Assembly: GCA_937894465.1 (NCBI GenBank)
Contig: CALCRE010000060.1
Span: forward strand, 1-48,823
Length of the DNA: 48,823 nt
Direction: 5' to 3'
Source: an uncultured Clostridia bacterium
Lineage (GTDB): Bacteria > Bacillota > Clostridia > JAAYHZ01
Program-made: the position numbers and the translations under genes
Notes under the pieces: model-generated
What the model was told of the DNA's origin: nothing
Databases searched by the model: none
What the model saw: the letters and a program-made list of their open reading frames with translations, nothing else
Part shown: positions 1 through 9,440 of the stretch, piece by piece
Numbering within the stretch: the first letter of the stretch is position 1
Layout of the letters: each line of letters begins with the position of its first letter

Positions 1-758
1 TTCACGGCTTTCAGTGTGATTCCCGTTAATTTAGAAATGTTTTTATATGCAATTAACTCTTTATCTTCCTCAGAAATTCTGGCATAATCAATTAAAGCCC
101 TGTGTGCTCCCGGACTTTTAAAAGGCATATTTGTTCCAAAAACAAACCGGTGAGCACCGTACTTTTTAACCAAAAACTCTATGTTTTCATTACTTTGGAA
201 TGATGTAAAATCTGTGTATGTGTTCGGGTATTTGGATAAGAGACTATATATATATCTTTCTTGCCCCCATGATGCTCCTTGAATGATGACATGTAAACCG
301 GGATGCATCTCCAAAACAGTAATCAGTTCATTATATGATACTTCGGACCAGTCGATCAAAAGAGGAATACTTGCTTTCTCCAAGCCGGATAATTGTTTTC
401 CCACTGTGTCTTCATCAAATACATAAAAATGTCTTTTCGGAAACATCTTTGCCAGACGTATATTGTTTTCTTTCATTTGAGATATAAATGTATCTATGTC
501 CGGGAAATCACCGGCATTATCCGGCAGCAATACCCAACAACCATATAAGCGATCACTTTTTTTCATCTCATCTAATAAAAGCCTATTCCCATATTCCGGT
601 GAATAATGTTTTGCTAACCCATGGTATGCAAACGCTCCTGCAATCCCTGTACGATCCATTTCTCTTAAAATATCTTCTGTTTTCCACCTTTGTAAAGGAT
701 GCTTGTATGCATACTTACCAAGACATAAATCACAATCGAAATAAATTCTATTTCCCAT
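1..758 (-). CDS. amidohydrolase-2 (PF04909-like) family metal-dependent hydrolase, 3'-truncated by window edge
   Basis: Minus-strand ORF starts at an ATG (756-758) preceded by AGGAGGAG and runs off the window with no stop. The translation (MGNRIYFDCDLCLGKY...FVFGTNMPF) resembles amidohydrolase-2/TIM-barrel hydrolases. It is missing from the ORF track only because it has no stop. Confidence 0.7.
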   Translation of the reverse strand, partial: MGNRIYFDCDLCLGKYAYKHPLQRWKTEDILREMDRTGIAGAFAYHGLAKHYSPEYGNRLLLDEMKKSDRLYGCWVLLPDNAGDFPDIDTFISQMKENNIRLAKMFPKRHFYVFDEDTVGKQLSGLEKASIPLLIDWSEVSYNELITVLEMHPGLHVIIQGASWGQERYIYSLLSKYPNTYTDFTSFQSNENIEFLVKKYGAHRFVFGTNMPFKSPGAHRALIDYARISEEDKELIAYKNISKLTGITLKAV

Positions 759-840
759 AGAGCTCCTCCTAATGCATGTTAGACAGTACATGTCTAGATT
801 TTACCATAACTAATCTTTCGTTAACAGCAATCAAATAGAA

Positions 841-893
841 AAAGGGGACGCTTCTCAACCTTTTATGCACAAAAGATTGAGAAACGTCCCCTA
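841..893 (-). repeat. about 50-bp near-perfect palindrome (copy 1 of the GGGGACG-N-TTCTCAA / TTGAGAA-N-CGTCCCC element); likely intrinsic terminator for the SBP gene on the minus strand
   Basis: Left arm GGGGACGCTTCTCAA (844-858) and right arm TTGAGAAACGTCCCC (877-891) pair over 16 bp with one mismatch. The loop flanks CTTTT/AAAAG extend the stem. On the minus strand the stem is followed by TTTTTCTATTT. Confidence 0.7.
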
Positions 894-913
894 TCTTAAT
901 TTTTCCCAACTTA

Positions 914-2755
914 TCATTTAACACTCTTGTAATACTTAAATGTCTTTATTTCATCATTATTCCATATTTTAACCCAATCGTCTAAACCGGCATTATAAAG
1001 TTGCTCTATATATTGCTCCCATTCCGTATCGATGTTTGCTATCTGTCCACCCCAAATTCTACCTGTAAAATCATTTATAACAGAGTTAATTTGTGCGATG
1101 GTCTCTTCACGAAGTAATTTAAATTCTTCATATATCTCAGATGGCATAGTGTATTGACTATACAATTTATCCGGTTGAATCCACAAACTATCACCGAACC
1201 AACCATCCGGACTATATACTTCCCAGTACTTTATGAATTGTGTATAGAATGCATCGTAATTAAAATATGCATTCAAATCAGACATAAAATTCAAGTTGCC
1301 GAATTGTCCGAACATTGTTGTTCCTTTTCCGGCATATTTCGGTGGAATCTTTGTGGCATCCGTGAAGATAATGGGACTGTCCAAAGGTTCTGAATGCCAA
1401 GTATAATGCACTCCTTCTATTCCCCATTTATATCGCATCCAATTCTCACCGAAGTAAGCATATTCAACCATTTGGAATATCCTTGCCAGTTTTTCATCCG
1501 GAACATCACCTACCAAATACATCATCGTGCTCCAGTTAAAAGGTTGATGTGGTCGATAATTGCCGTTTTCACCGGCAACGGGTGTTACAACGAATGTAGC
1601 ATCCGGTTCAACACCGTTCAGAATAGCTGCCGGAGGCCATTGATCTCCGTCGTTGTATCCAAGCCCTAATACTCTCGGTGGTCCTAATGTGTCAATAAAT
1701 CCGGTTCTTCCGGTATTCCATATAGCCCTCAATTCCAAATTGTACGCTATTTCTCCAGGTACCCATTTCATATATCCTTTGTCTAGCATCCTCATCAAAA
1801 AGCTTAAATTATCTTTGTATGGTGTATATGCAAAATATGGTACATAGTCGTTCGTCAAAGGATCCTTATAGAAATGGGCTCCGTCTTGGTCGAAACCGAA
1901 CATATTGTATGATATGTACCGATCATATGCGGAATTAGCAAAAGGTGAACCGTATGTATCATCCGCCCCATTACCATCCGGATCATCTTCGGTAAATGCT
2001 CTTAGAATTTCCTCGACTTCACTAATAGTAAACTTTGTAGTTGAAAAATATAACCTATCATTCCATCGTTCAGGGTTCAATGCACTTTCCATAACGACGA
2101 GATTATCAAGTTCATAACCTAAATTCTCCAACCAATCCAATCTCCATATGGGTACCCATCCGGTATGCCTGGACAACGGAGTATACATAGCCAATCCATA
2201 ATATTCATCTTCAGTTCCTTCAACTAAATTAAAACTTAGACCAAGCGGGTCTTCTTGGATTAGTTTATAATAGCTAGGATAGAACTGTTGAATCATTTTT
2301 AACGGCACTGTTCTGCCTAATCCATTGTCAAACATGTATTTCCCGGTGGTGTAATAAAAGCCGTAATCAGGAACATCACCGGCAGCAAGCATCATTTGAA
2401 CTTGCTGCATCTCTGATGAGCTTACAAGAATATTCCACATTCTGATATCAACATTAAATTTCTCTTCTAGCTCTACTTCATCCCATCTTCCATCCTCATA
2501 TAAGTGAGATGAATATGTGCCTACCAACCAATTAATTGTCATTTTCTCAGCAAAGGGATTCTCGATTTTCGTTGTAGTCTCTGGTTGAGTCGTAACTGCT
2601 GTTGTAGTAACTGCTTTTGTTGTGTCGGCTTTTGTTGTTTGGCTTTGTGCCACTGAACCGGTAGTTACACTCTCGTTAACTTCTCTTCCGGAAGAGCATG
2701 CGACCAAAGAAAAGAGAAGTATCAACGATACGAGGATTGAAATAATTCTTAACAT
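914..2755 (-). CDS. large extracellular solute-binding lipoprotein (family-1 SBP, LplA/YtcQ-like), orphan (no adjacent permease genes)
   Basis: Signal peptide with lipobox LVAC followed by a Thr-rich linker (TTKADTTKAVTTTAVTTQPETTT). At 613 aa it matches the large sugar SBPs of Firmicutes. RBS GGGAGGAATAGT precedes the ATG. Confidence 0.75.
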   Translation of the reverse strand: MLRIISILVSLILLFSLVACSSGREVNESVTTGSVAQSQTTKADTTKAVTTTAVTTQPETTTKIENPFAEKMTINWLVGTYSSHLYEDGRWDEVELEEKFNVDIRMWNILVSSSEMQQVQMMLAAGDVPDYGFYYTTGKYMFDNGLGRTVPLKMIQQFYPSYYKLIQEDPLGLSFNLVEGTEDEYYGLAMYTPLSRHTGWVPIWRLDWLENLGYELDNLVVMESALNPERWNDRLYFSTTKFTISEVEEILRAFTEDDPDGNGADDTYGSPFANSAYDRYISYNMFGFDQDGAHFYKDPLTNDYVPYFAYTPYKDNLSFLMRMLDKGYMKWVPGEIAYNLELRAIWNTGRTGFIDTLGPPRVLGLGYNDGDQWPPAAILNGVEPDATFVVTPVAGENGNYRPHQPFNWSTMMYLVGDVPDEKLARIFQMVEYAYFGENWMRYKWGIEGVHYTWHSEPLDSPIIFTDATKIPPKYAGKGTTMFGQFGNLNFMSDLNAYFNYDAFYTQFIKYWEVYSPDGWFGDSLWIQPDKLYSQYTMPSEIYEEFKLLREETIAQINSVINDFTGRIWGGQIANIDTEWEQYIEQLYNAGLDDWVKIWNNDEIKTFKYYKSVK

Positions 2756-2899
2756 ACTATTCCTCCCATATCTTTTTTATCATTTTACATCATTGGTTAA
2801 TTTAAGTAAATAGGGTTATTTGTCCTATCTTAAGATAAATATCTTTTTTTAAATAATCATTTGTTCTTAATCTGTTATTGAGATTGTTCTCGAATTATA

Positions 2900-2952
2900 A
2901 AAGGGGACACATCTCAACTTTTCATATGGAAAAAGTTGAGATGCGTCCCCTT
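2900..2952 (-). repeat. about 50-bp palindrome (copy 2 of the same element); terminator-like on the minus strand downstream of the Zn-ribbon gene
   Basis: Arms GGGGACACATCTCAAC (2903-2918) and GTTGAGATGCGTCCCC (2935-2950) flank a central CATATG. On the minus strand the stem is followed by TTTTATAATT. Confidence 0.7.
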
Positions 2953-2954
2953 TC

Positions 2955-3518
2955 TTACACAACCTTTTTCCCCAATCTTTTTGCTAATTCCATTATGCCG
3001 CTATCAATAACTTCGCTTATAATAAATTGTCGTCTGGCTTCATCTTTAGGATTGTAGAAATTCCTATCTTTGAATTCATAGATTTGGTCAGCATATGCGA
3101 CAGCAATACAGAAATAATTTTCAGTTTCGAGCCATACATTTTGCATCATTTTGTTAATCTCTATGAGTATTGAAGTGGGATCATTAAAATTCCAAGTTTC
3201 CAGATTCACCTTATTAAATTTTGCATGGGTCATAACACCGTCCGCCATAGCATAAACTGCTTGCTTCTTTGATATTGTCAGGTACTTTACTTCCTGTTCT
3301 GTGAAAAAACGTGTCGTATAAATTTCACTTGGATTAAAAAAGTATCCGTCGCCAAATTCATCCGTATGATCAAATGAAAATTCGTCCATAGGTAGTTTTA
3401 CACAGCACTCTGCGCCACATTTTTGACAATAAAAGAATGCACCTAAGTCATCCACAAAAACATTCACTTTTTTATGAAAGTGACCGCAGTCACGACATTC
3501 TTGTTCAATGGTATACAT
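2955..3518 (-). CDS. hypothetical protein with N-terminal CxxC...CxxC zinc ribbon
   Basis: ORF 2955-3524. The likely true start is the ATG at 3516-3518 (MYTIEQECRDCGHF...), with AAAGGAGC 7 nt upstream. Two CxxC pairs sit in the first 45 aa. No recognisable enzymatic motifs. Confidence 0.6.
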   Translation of the reverse strand: MYTIEQECRDCGHFHKKVNVFVDDLGAFFYCQKCGAECCVKLPMDEFSFDHTDEFGDGYFFNPSEIYTTRFFTEQEVKYLTISKKQAVYAMADGVMTHAKFNKVNLETWNFNDPTSILIEINKMMQNVWLETENYFCIAVAYADQIYEFKDRNFYNPKDEARRQFIISEVIDSGIMELAKRLGKKVV

Positions 3519-3601
3519 AAGCAAAGCTCCTTTTATTTATTATCTATTTATATTCCGAAGGAGAACAATATTGTAATCCTCGACAAAAAGAAATTGCTCT
3601 G

Positions 3602-3640
3602 TATTGAAAAAGACTATTTAAACCAAATAGCCTTTTTTAT
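3602..3640. terminator. hairpin AAAAAGACTATTT-AAACC-AAATAGCCTTTTT, probable relic terminator of the truncated SBP paralog
   Basis: 13-bp stem with one mismatch, flanked by T/A runs. It lies just downstream (on the minus strand) of the SBP 3' fragment. Confidence 0.4.
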
Positions 3641-3655
3641 CAATAGCTCATTACT

Positions 3656-3770
3656 CTATACTTTATAATACTCAAATATTTTTATTTCATCGCTATTACA
3701 GAATTCAACCCAATCGCTAAGACCCACTATAAAGTTGTTCGATGTATTGCTATAATTCCGTATTTATATT
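3656..3770 (-). pseudogene. 3'-terminal fragment of a paralogous solute-binding lipoprotein gene (about 33 codons plus stop)
   Basis: 3661-3770 aligns at about 75-80% nt identity with 926-1035, the 3' end of the intact SBP gene. The minus-strand frame reads ...IVGLSDWVEFCNSDEIKIFEYYKV* against the intact ...NAGLDDWVKIWNNDEIKTFKYYKSVK*. Similarity ends abruptly near 3770. Confidence 0.65.
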
Positions 3771-3936
3771 AGAAATTATTTGCTTCTTCGGTAATCCTCG
3801 GTATGATATTGTTTTTAACATCTATATTTGTTACAGTAATATTAAAATACGAAAATCAAATTTTAAATTTCCTACTATTCAATGTTTATTATCTAAAAAG
3901 AAAAGTATGAAATTTATAATTGCAAAGGAGTAGGGT

Positions 3937-5745
3937 ATGAAATATCAGGAATTAGGTTATCCTTGCAGGAACTTCTGTGTCATGGCATCGGAGACTTTTT
4001 TAGACCCACTGGACAATCGGCGTAAATTTGCAATATCCAGTTTTGTCGCAAGCGGTACCGGGATCATTGTTATTATTGATATTGAATCCGGGCAAGGTGA
4101 AAGAATCGAACTGCCAAAAGATGAAGGCGCTTGGGCTTTGTATTGTTGGAACAATGAAAAGCTATTAATCGGAACCTGTTCAAGATACGGTTTTCTTCAT
4201 TGTTTGGATCTTAAGACAAGAACATGGTCGCCGTCATTAAGAGATGAAAAAGAAACCTATATTTGGAATTTGGTTGAAGGTTCCGACGGAAAAATCTATG
4301 GAGGAACTTATCCCGGAGGCGTTTTGCTTCGGTACGATCCTGTGGGACACAAACTCGAGAATATGGGTAGAATGTCACCTGATGAAAAAAACAACTACAC
4401 CCGACCTTTATATAACGGGGTTGACGGCAGAATATTTTTAACATCCGGATATAACAGCACCCATATGGTTTCATGGGATATCGAAAAGGAAAAATATATG
4501 AAGTTCGGACACGACGGCTGTATGGTCAAAGAAGCCAATCAACACTTTGTATGCGGTATCAATGAAAAGACCAAGGAATTAACTTTTTATCATCCTTATA
4601 CTCTTGAGCAAATTGAAGATGCCGTTCAATATGAATCCATTGATTTGACATGTATAAAGAATCCAGCCATAAAAGAATATTTGAAATCCTTCAAATTGAC
4701 CAGAGAACATGGAGGTCCTAATGTACGAAAACCAAAATGGGATGACGGTACAGTAAAATGCGGCACAGCAGGTCAAAGCTACTATATAGAGCAACCGGAT
4801 GGATCTCGCCAATACAAACGAATTCCCGTAGAAGCTCCCCCCACTGCCATTTTAGGTCTTGCCTATGACGGTAAAGGAAAGATTTGGGGATCCAGCGGGT
4901 TCGGTCAAACTATTTTTTCATACGATACACAAACCGGAGAATATTTTAATACCATAGAAGTGGCCAATGCCGGTGGTGAAGTATATGGTATTTGCCCTGT
5001 AGAAGATCGACTATATCTCACCAGTTATTGCGGAGGAGAACATACGGTATATTATCCGAACATGCCATGGAACAAAGGAGAAAATCCAAAAACCATTGAA
5101 GAGTTGCGTCCTCGATATATTCGACCACATAGTAAAAGTGTGATCGGTGCCGATGGTTATGTGTGGACAGGTTGGTGGGCAGATTATGGTACTTACGGCG
5201 GTGCAATCAGTAAAATTGATGTACAAACAGATCAAGTCACCATTTATGAAAGTCCCGTACCGGATCAAGGTATCGAATCCATTGTCGCCGGAACAAATGG
5301 TATTATATTTTCTACAACCGGACACGGAAACGGCCTTCCGAGCAGAAATATTCCTTTGTGGCTAGTAAAGATGAATTATACGGGAGAAACCTTATGGAAA
5401 AAAGAATATGACGTCAAATATGGAATCGGACCGATGGCTATAGTCGGTGATTATTTATTTGTAAGACTAGGAAGTGAATTTGCAGTGTTTGATACGGTTG
5501 ATATGAGTCAAGTCACAACCCTTACATATCCGATTACAAACAAAGGTCGTCCTTTGACCGGACTACTAGCATATAATCATGAGACTTTGGTGGTATTTCA
5601 TTGTCAAGAAGCCTTGTTTGTGAAGGTTCCTGAGTTTACGATCTCAAAAAAGGTTGAAACAGGCAGTGATATTCATTATGCAATCACAGGTGACCATCAA
5701 CAGATTTATTTTGCAAAAGGATCCTTGCTGTGTAAGTTAGGATAA
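3937..5745 (+). CDS. cytoplasmic beta-propeller repeat protein (Reg_prop/NHL-like repeats), function unknown
   Basis: 602 aa with no signal peptide. Repeated DG-K/R-I-Y/W-xxT-xxGG-xL-xYD modules (for example DGKIYGGTYPGGVLLRYDP, KGKIWGSSGFGQTIFSYDTQT, DGYVWTGWW). RBS AAGGAG 6 nt upstream. Confidence 0.65.
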   Translation: MKYQELGYPCRNFCVMASETFLDPLDNRRKFAISSFVASGTGIIVIIDIESGQGERIELPKDEGAWALYCWNNEKLLIGTCSRYGFLHCLDLKTRTWSPSLRDEKETYIWNLVEGSDGKIYGGTYPGGVLLRYDPVGHKLENMGRMSPDEKNNYTRPLYNGVDGRIFLTSGYNSTHMVSWDIEKEKYMKFGHDGCMVKEANQHFVCGINEKTKELTFYHPYTLEQIEDAVQYESIDLTCIKNPAIKEYLKSFKLTREHGGPNVRKPKWDDGTVKCGTAGQSYYIEQPDGSRQYKRIPVEAPPTAILGLAYDGKGKIWGSSGFGQTIFSYDTQTGEYFNTIEVANAGGEVYGICPVEDRLYLTSYCGGEHTVYYPNMPWNKGENPKTIEELRPRYIRPHSKSVIGADGYVWTGWWADYGTYGGAISKIDVQTDQVTIYESPVPDQGIESIVAGTNGIIFSTTGHGNGLPSRNIPLWLVKMNYTGETLWKKEYDVKYGIGPMAIVGDYLFVRLGSEFAVFDTVDMSQVTTLTYPITNKGRPLTGLLAYNHETLVVFHCQEALFVKVPEFTISKKVETGSDIHYAITGDHQQIYFAKGSLLCKLG

Positions 5746-5767
5746 TCTTTTTTATAGAAAAACATTT

Positions 5768-5792
5768 AAGCGACACAAAAATTGTGTCGCTT
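5768..5792. terminator. bidirectional intrinsic terminator between convergent genes
   Basis: AAGCGACAC-aaaaatt-GTGTCGCTT followed by TTATTTTG on plus, with a T-rich tract on minus. Confidence 0.75.
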
Positions 5793-7166
5793 TTATTTTG
5801 CTTGCCCCGATTTGTACCCGGCCAAAGAAAAGAATATACCGATAAAACATACTATCGTCATGATTAAAAAGGTGAGTTTAACGGCTGATAGCAGTTCTAG
5901 GGAATGGCTAACCTTGATTTGACCGGCACCGATATAAGCGGTTAAAATTGAGGTTGCCAATCCCATACTCAATGTTTGGCCTATGGTACGTGCAGATCCT
6001 AAAATTCCGGAAGCCGTGCCGTAATATCGGTTTTCCACTGAACTCATAATGGCATTTGTATTCGGTGAAGTAAAAAATGCAAATCCCAGACCGATCACCA
6101 ACAAAGCAAATATAACGGTAACAACACTCGTAACGGGACTTAAAAAGATGAAGAACGAAAGACCTAGCGTAGTAACAGCCATTCCAACAGAGGCAATCTT
6201 TTGGGGATGCATTTTGTCCGATAGCATTCCGGTAATCGGAGATAATAAAGCCATAATAATAGGTTGTGCCATCAACACTAGACCTGCTTGAGCAGGATTA
6301 TAACCTTCTAATATCTGTAAATATAAGCTGATTAAAAAACTGATGGCAAAAGTTGCACAATAATTGATCAATGCTGCAAGACAAGAAAAAGAGAGTGTTT
6401 TGTTTTCTTTTAACAATCGAATATCCAATACTGGATACAGAACCTTTTTTTCAACTTTGACGAATAAGAAAGCAGACAAAACACCAAACGCGATCAACAA
6501 CCATCCATATCCGGTGCTTATAAATGAAAATCCTGCAACAATTCCTAAAACGGAAAAACCGAAAATGATAGAGCCTGCATAATCGACTTTTTCGTCCTTT
6601 GTTACCATCCATTCCTCTTTCACTGTTAATAATAATACAAAGGCCAAAAGAACGACACACGCAATGAAAATAAAGATGCTTCTCCAACCTAAATGCTTTG
6701 TCAATAAACCTCCTAAATAAGGACCGGAGGAAAGCCCCACATATGTCATTGCAACATTCAACCCTAAAGCTTTTCCTCTTTGACCTGCAGGATAAACACA
6801 AGTCAATATTGAAACAACAGTAACGGTAACGGTAGCGCTGCTTATTCCTTGCAGTATTCTACCTGATATCAGCAATAGAGCATTACCGGAGATACCGCAT
6901 AAGAAAGACGCGAGGGTAAACACAAATAATCCTATGAGAAGGAGTTTTTTTCTTCCGATGAGATCCGCTAGCTTACCAAAGGGAAGAACAAAGATTGCCA
7001 TAGAAAGTGTGTACGATAGGACCACCCAATTCAGTAATACGGAGTTCATGGGTAAATCACTATTGATTGCAGGCAGAGCGATGTTTACCGACGATGTCAT
7101 GAAAGGTATGATAAATGCCCCTAGGCTTGTTACGATCAGTATGATCTTTTTATACTTATTATGCAT
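5793..7166 (-). CDS. MFS transporter, DHA2 (EmrB/QacA-like 14-TMS) drug efflux family
   Basis: 457 aa, highly hydrophobic, with MFS motifs (GKLADLIGRKK, multiple TM segments). Confidence 0.8.
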   Translation of the reverse strand: MHNKYKKIILIVTSLGAFIIPFMTSSVNIALPAINSDLPMNSVLLNWVVLSYTLSMAIFVLPFGKLADLIGRKKLLLIGLFVFTLASFLCGISGNALLLISGRILQGISSATVTVTVVSILTCVYPAGQRGKALGLNVAMTYVGLSSGPYLGGLLTKHLGWRSIFIFIACVVLLAFVLLLTVKEEWMVTKDEKVDYAGSIIFGFSVLGIVAGFSFISTGYGWLLIAFGVLSAFLFVKVEKKVLYPVLDIRLLKENKTLSFSCLAALINYCATFAISFLISLYLQILEGYNPAQAGLVLMAQPIIMALLSPITGMLSDKMHPQKIASVGMAVTTLGLSFFIFLSPVTSVVTVIFALLVIGLGFAFFTSPNTNAIMSSVENRYYGTASGILGSARTIGQTLSMGLATSILTAYIGAGQIKVSHSLELLSAVKLTFLIMTIVCFIGIFFSLAGYKSGQAK

Positions 7167-7176
7167 AAACCACCTT

Positions 7177-7644
7177 TTAGGATAAAGTCTTTACCATGAT
7201 CAAACAAGGATTTTGTTCATTCCAAATTTCTTTAAATTCATCCAATGGGAAAAAACCAACGTTCCTATAAAAAGCTCTTGTTCTTGCATAGTAAAGATCA
7301 TCGCTGGAGTCACCTACTGTTTTCACCATAAAAAATTTATATTCATTTTTCGTTAGATATTCTTCCGCGGCCCCTATCAGCATACAACCGATACCCTGTC
7401 TGTGAAATTCCTCTAATATCCCCACCAAAAACAGTTCAGCAGTAAAGGGATTAACATGTCGAAGACAAATAAACCCTATAACCTTCCCATGAAAAATTGC
7501 AGCATAAAAAATTTTGTCTCTTACATCCTTCATATATTCTTGAATTGATGACTCAATTCCAAACCAATTCGGAAGTTTGTGCAAGATCTCATCCGTAATG
7601 TTCATCTTTTGCGTTTCATCAATAATTTCAATGATATCAATCAT
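7177..7644 (-). CDS. GNAT family N-acetyltransferase
   Basis: 155 aa with acetyl-CoA binding motif HRQGIGCML. It ends 10 nt upstream of the MFS gene, so a likely operon. Confidence 0.8.
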   Translation of the reverse strand: MIDIIEIIDETQKMNITDEILHKLPNWFGIESSIQEYMKDVRDKIFYAAIFHGKVIGFICLRHVNPFTAELFLVGILEEFHRQGIGCMLIGAAEEYLTKNEYKFFMVKTVGDSSDDLYYARTRAFYRNVGFFPLDEFKEIWNEQNPCLIMVKTLS

Positions 7645-7775
7645 GTATCCACCTCACTGAGCGTTGTAACTGCTTTTTCATATTGTAGCATAAATAAAAT
7701 CCTGTTCCTGAACTATCTCGTATTCATGTAACAATGTTAACATAACCGTAATATAATGTATATGAAAAGGAATTA

Positions 7776-8483
7776 ATGGAGATTAAAATGAATTACATAC
7801 ATTATAACGGCGGCTGCCCCGCTGGTTTTATCTCATATACCATACAACCCGGTGACACTTTATATGAACTTGCACAACGTTTCAATGTTACCGTCAATGA
7901 TATTATAGCCGCAAATCCCGGATTGTTACCGGAAAGCTTACAAGTGGCCCGTATAATATGTATCCCTAGAAGTGATTCAGATCCGGCATGCCCGACTTCA
8001 AATTTCTATGTGATCCAAAATCAAGATACTTTGTCGGCCATTGCAAAAGCATTTCAAATATCGATAAAAAGTATAGTAGATGTCAATCCGGGCATCGTCC
8101 CTGAATCTCTTCGGATCGGGCAAATGATTTGCTTGCCCTTGTCACCTTTACCATATTTGCTTACCATCAGCTTGAATGCGAAAACATTGTCTTTTTATCG
8201 ACAGGGTATATTTGTCAAAACTTATCCGGTTGCCATCGGAAAACCTTCTACACCCAGTCCCCAAGGCACATTTACCATTGTAAACAAAGTATTTAATCCC
8301 GGTGGACCCTACGGTACACGTTGGATGGGCCTATCAGCCAGGGGATACGGCATTCACGGTACAAACAATCCTATATCGATTGGAACGAGAGCATCGAACG
8401 GATGTATCCGGATGTATAATCAGGACGTTAACGAATTGTATTCACAAGTACTTGTAGGAACTACCGTAAAGATCTATAAATGA
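7776..8483 (+). CDS. L,D-transpeptidase (YkuD-type catalytic domain) with two N-terminal LysM domains
   Basis: Two LysM repeats (YTIQPGDTLYELAQRF..., YVIQNQDTLSAIAKAF...) and a C-terminal YkuD motif GIHGTNNP...SNGCIRM. Confidence 0.85.
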   Translation: MEIKMNYIHYNGGCPAGFISYTIQPGDTLYELAQRFNVTVNDIIAANPGLLPESLQVARIICIPRSDSDPACPTSNFYVIQNQDTLSAIAKAFQISIKSIVDVNPGIVPESLRIGQMICLPLSPLPYLLTISLNAKTLSFYRQGIFVKTYPVAIGKPSTPSPQGTFTIVNKVFNPGGPYGTRWMGLSARGYGIHGTNNPISIGTRASNGCIRMYNQDVNELYSQVLVGTTVKIYK

Positions 8484-8520
8484 AAGTAAAAAAATTAAAT
8501 TTATTTAGAAACATTATGGT

Positions 8521-8553
8521 CCGCTGTAACAAGATAAATTCCTGTTACAGCGG
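8521..8553. terminator. intrinsic terminator hairpin between convergent genes
   Basis: CCGCTGTAACA...TGTTACAGCGG, an 11-bp stem, followed by T-rich sequence on both strands. Confidence 0.6.
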
Positions 8554-8561
8554 CTAGATTT

Positions 8562-9281
8562 TCAAATTCTAAAGCCGATTGTTAACTGCATTTTAAAGAT
8601 TGTTCTAAAAGTGTTATCACTTGAAGAGATCACTGTCTTATCATTTTCAACATCTTCTGTTTCACATTCTAATGCCGCTGCCTGCAATTTTTGTTCTTCC
8701 ACATTGATCATATGTGTTAAGACCGCTTCCGTCAAGGCTATGGATTCTGTTGATTCAGGAACGTTATTACTCAATAATGACAATTCTGCATAAATGAATC
8801 CGCAAAAAACCGATGTGATAACATTCGTCTCGGTTTTTAATACCATTTTTATAGGATCTGTCCATAGTTTTTTATTCATCTTAAAACAGATACTGATCCG
8901 ATCCTGGATATAGTTACCGCCAATAACATCATCACCGTATGGTGTATCATCAAACGACAAAGAAATACATTCGGAACGGGGCTGCGTTTCCATAAAAGCA
9001 CAGAGGTCCGAAAACACCATGGTGACCGGGGCATTCCCAATATCTTCTTGATCCATATAGGTTATTTTCATTGAACAATCGGTGATATCCAAATCCGTTA
9101 TATCCGTGCAGAAATTCATGTGTATATGACCGATTTCCCTTTTGTTAGAATTCATATGAGAGCGTTGAATTGTATACTGGAATTCCGAAGTTTTTTCTCT
9201 GTTTGAAAGAACAGGTTTCAAAACAGATATGTTCCAACCGTTTTCCGCATCAACTTCGCTGCAAACTTTATTCTTTGACAT
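8562..9281 (-). CDS. hypothetical protein (239 aa), no recognisable family
   Basis: ORF track gives 8562-9347. A better start is the ATG at 9279-9281 (MSKNKVCSEV...), with AAGGAGGTG 6 nt upstream. Confidence 0.6.
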   Translation of the reverse strand: MSKNKVCSEVDAENGWNISVLKPVLSNREKTSEFQYTIQRSHMNSNKREIGHIHMNFCTDITDLDITDCSMKITYMDQEDIGNAPVTMVFSDLCAFMETQPRSECISLSFDDTPYGDDVIGGNYIQDRISICFKMNKKLWTDPIKMVLKTETNVITSVFCGFIYAELSLLSNNVPESTESIALTEAVLTHMINVEEQKLQAAALECETEDVENDKTVISSSDNTFRTIFKMQLTIGFRI

Positions 9282-9379
9282 ATTAGCACCTCCTTGTCTT
9301 GTATAGTGGCGATACAAATGATCTATACAATATATTCCCTTGCACATAATCGGTGCTTTTGTTTGATTTAATAAAATGA

Positions 9380-9408
9380 TTGAGAACCGTCCCCGCTCAT
9401 ATTATAAT
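9380..9408 (+). promoter_or_regulatory. sigma-A-type promoter for the ABC exporter operon; its -35 is supplied by copy 3 of the TTGAGAACCGTCCCC element
   Basis: TTGAGA (9380-9385), a 17-bp spacer, then TATAAT (9403-9408). The ATG at 9441 is preceded by GAGGGA. Confidence 0.6.
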
Positions 9409-9440
9409 ACATTTAACGCTTTAATGAGGGAATTAAATTT

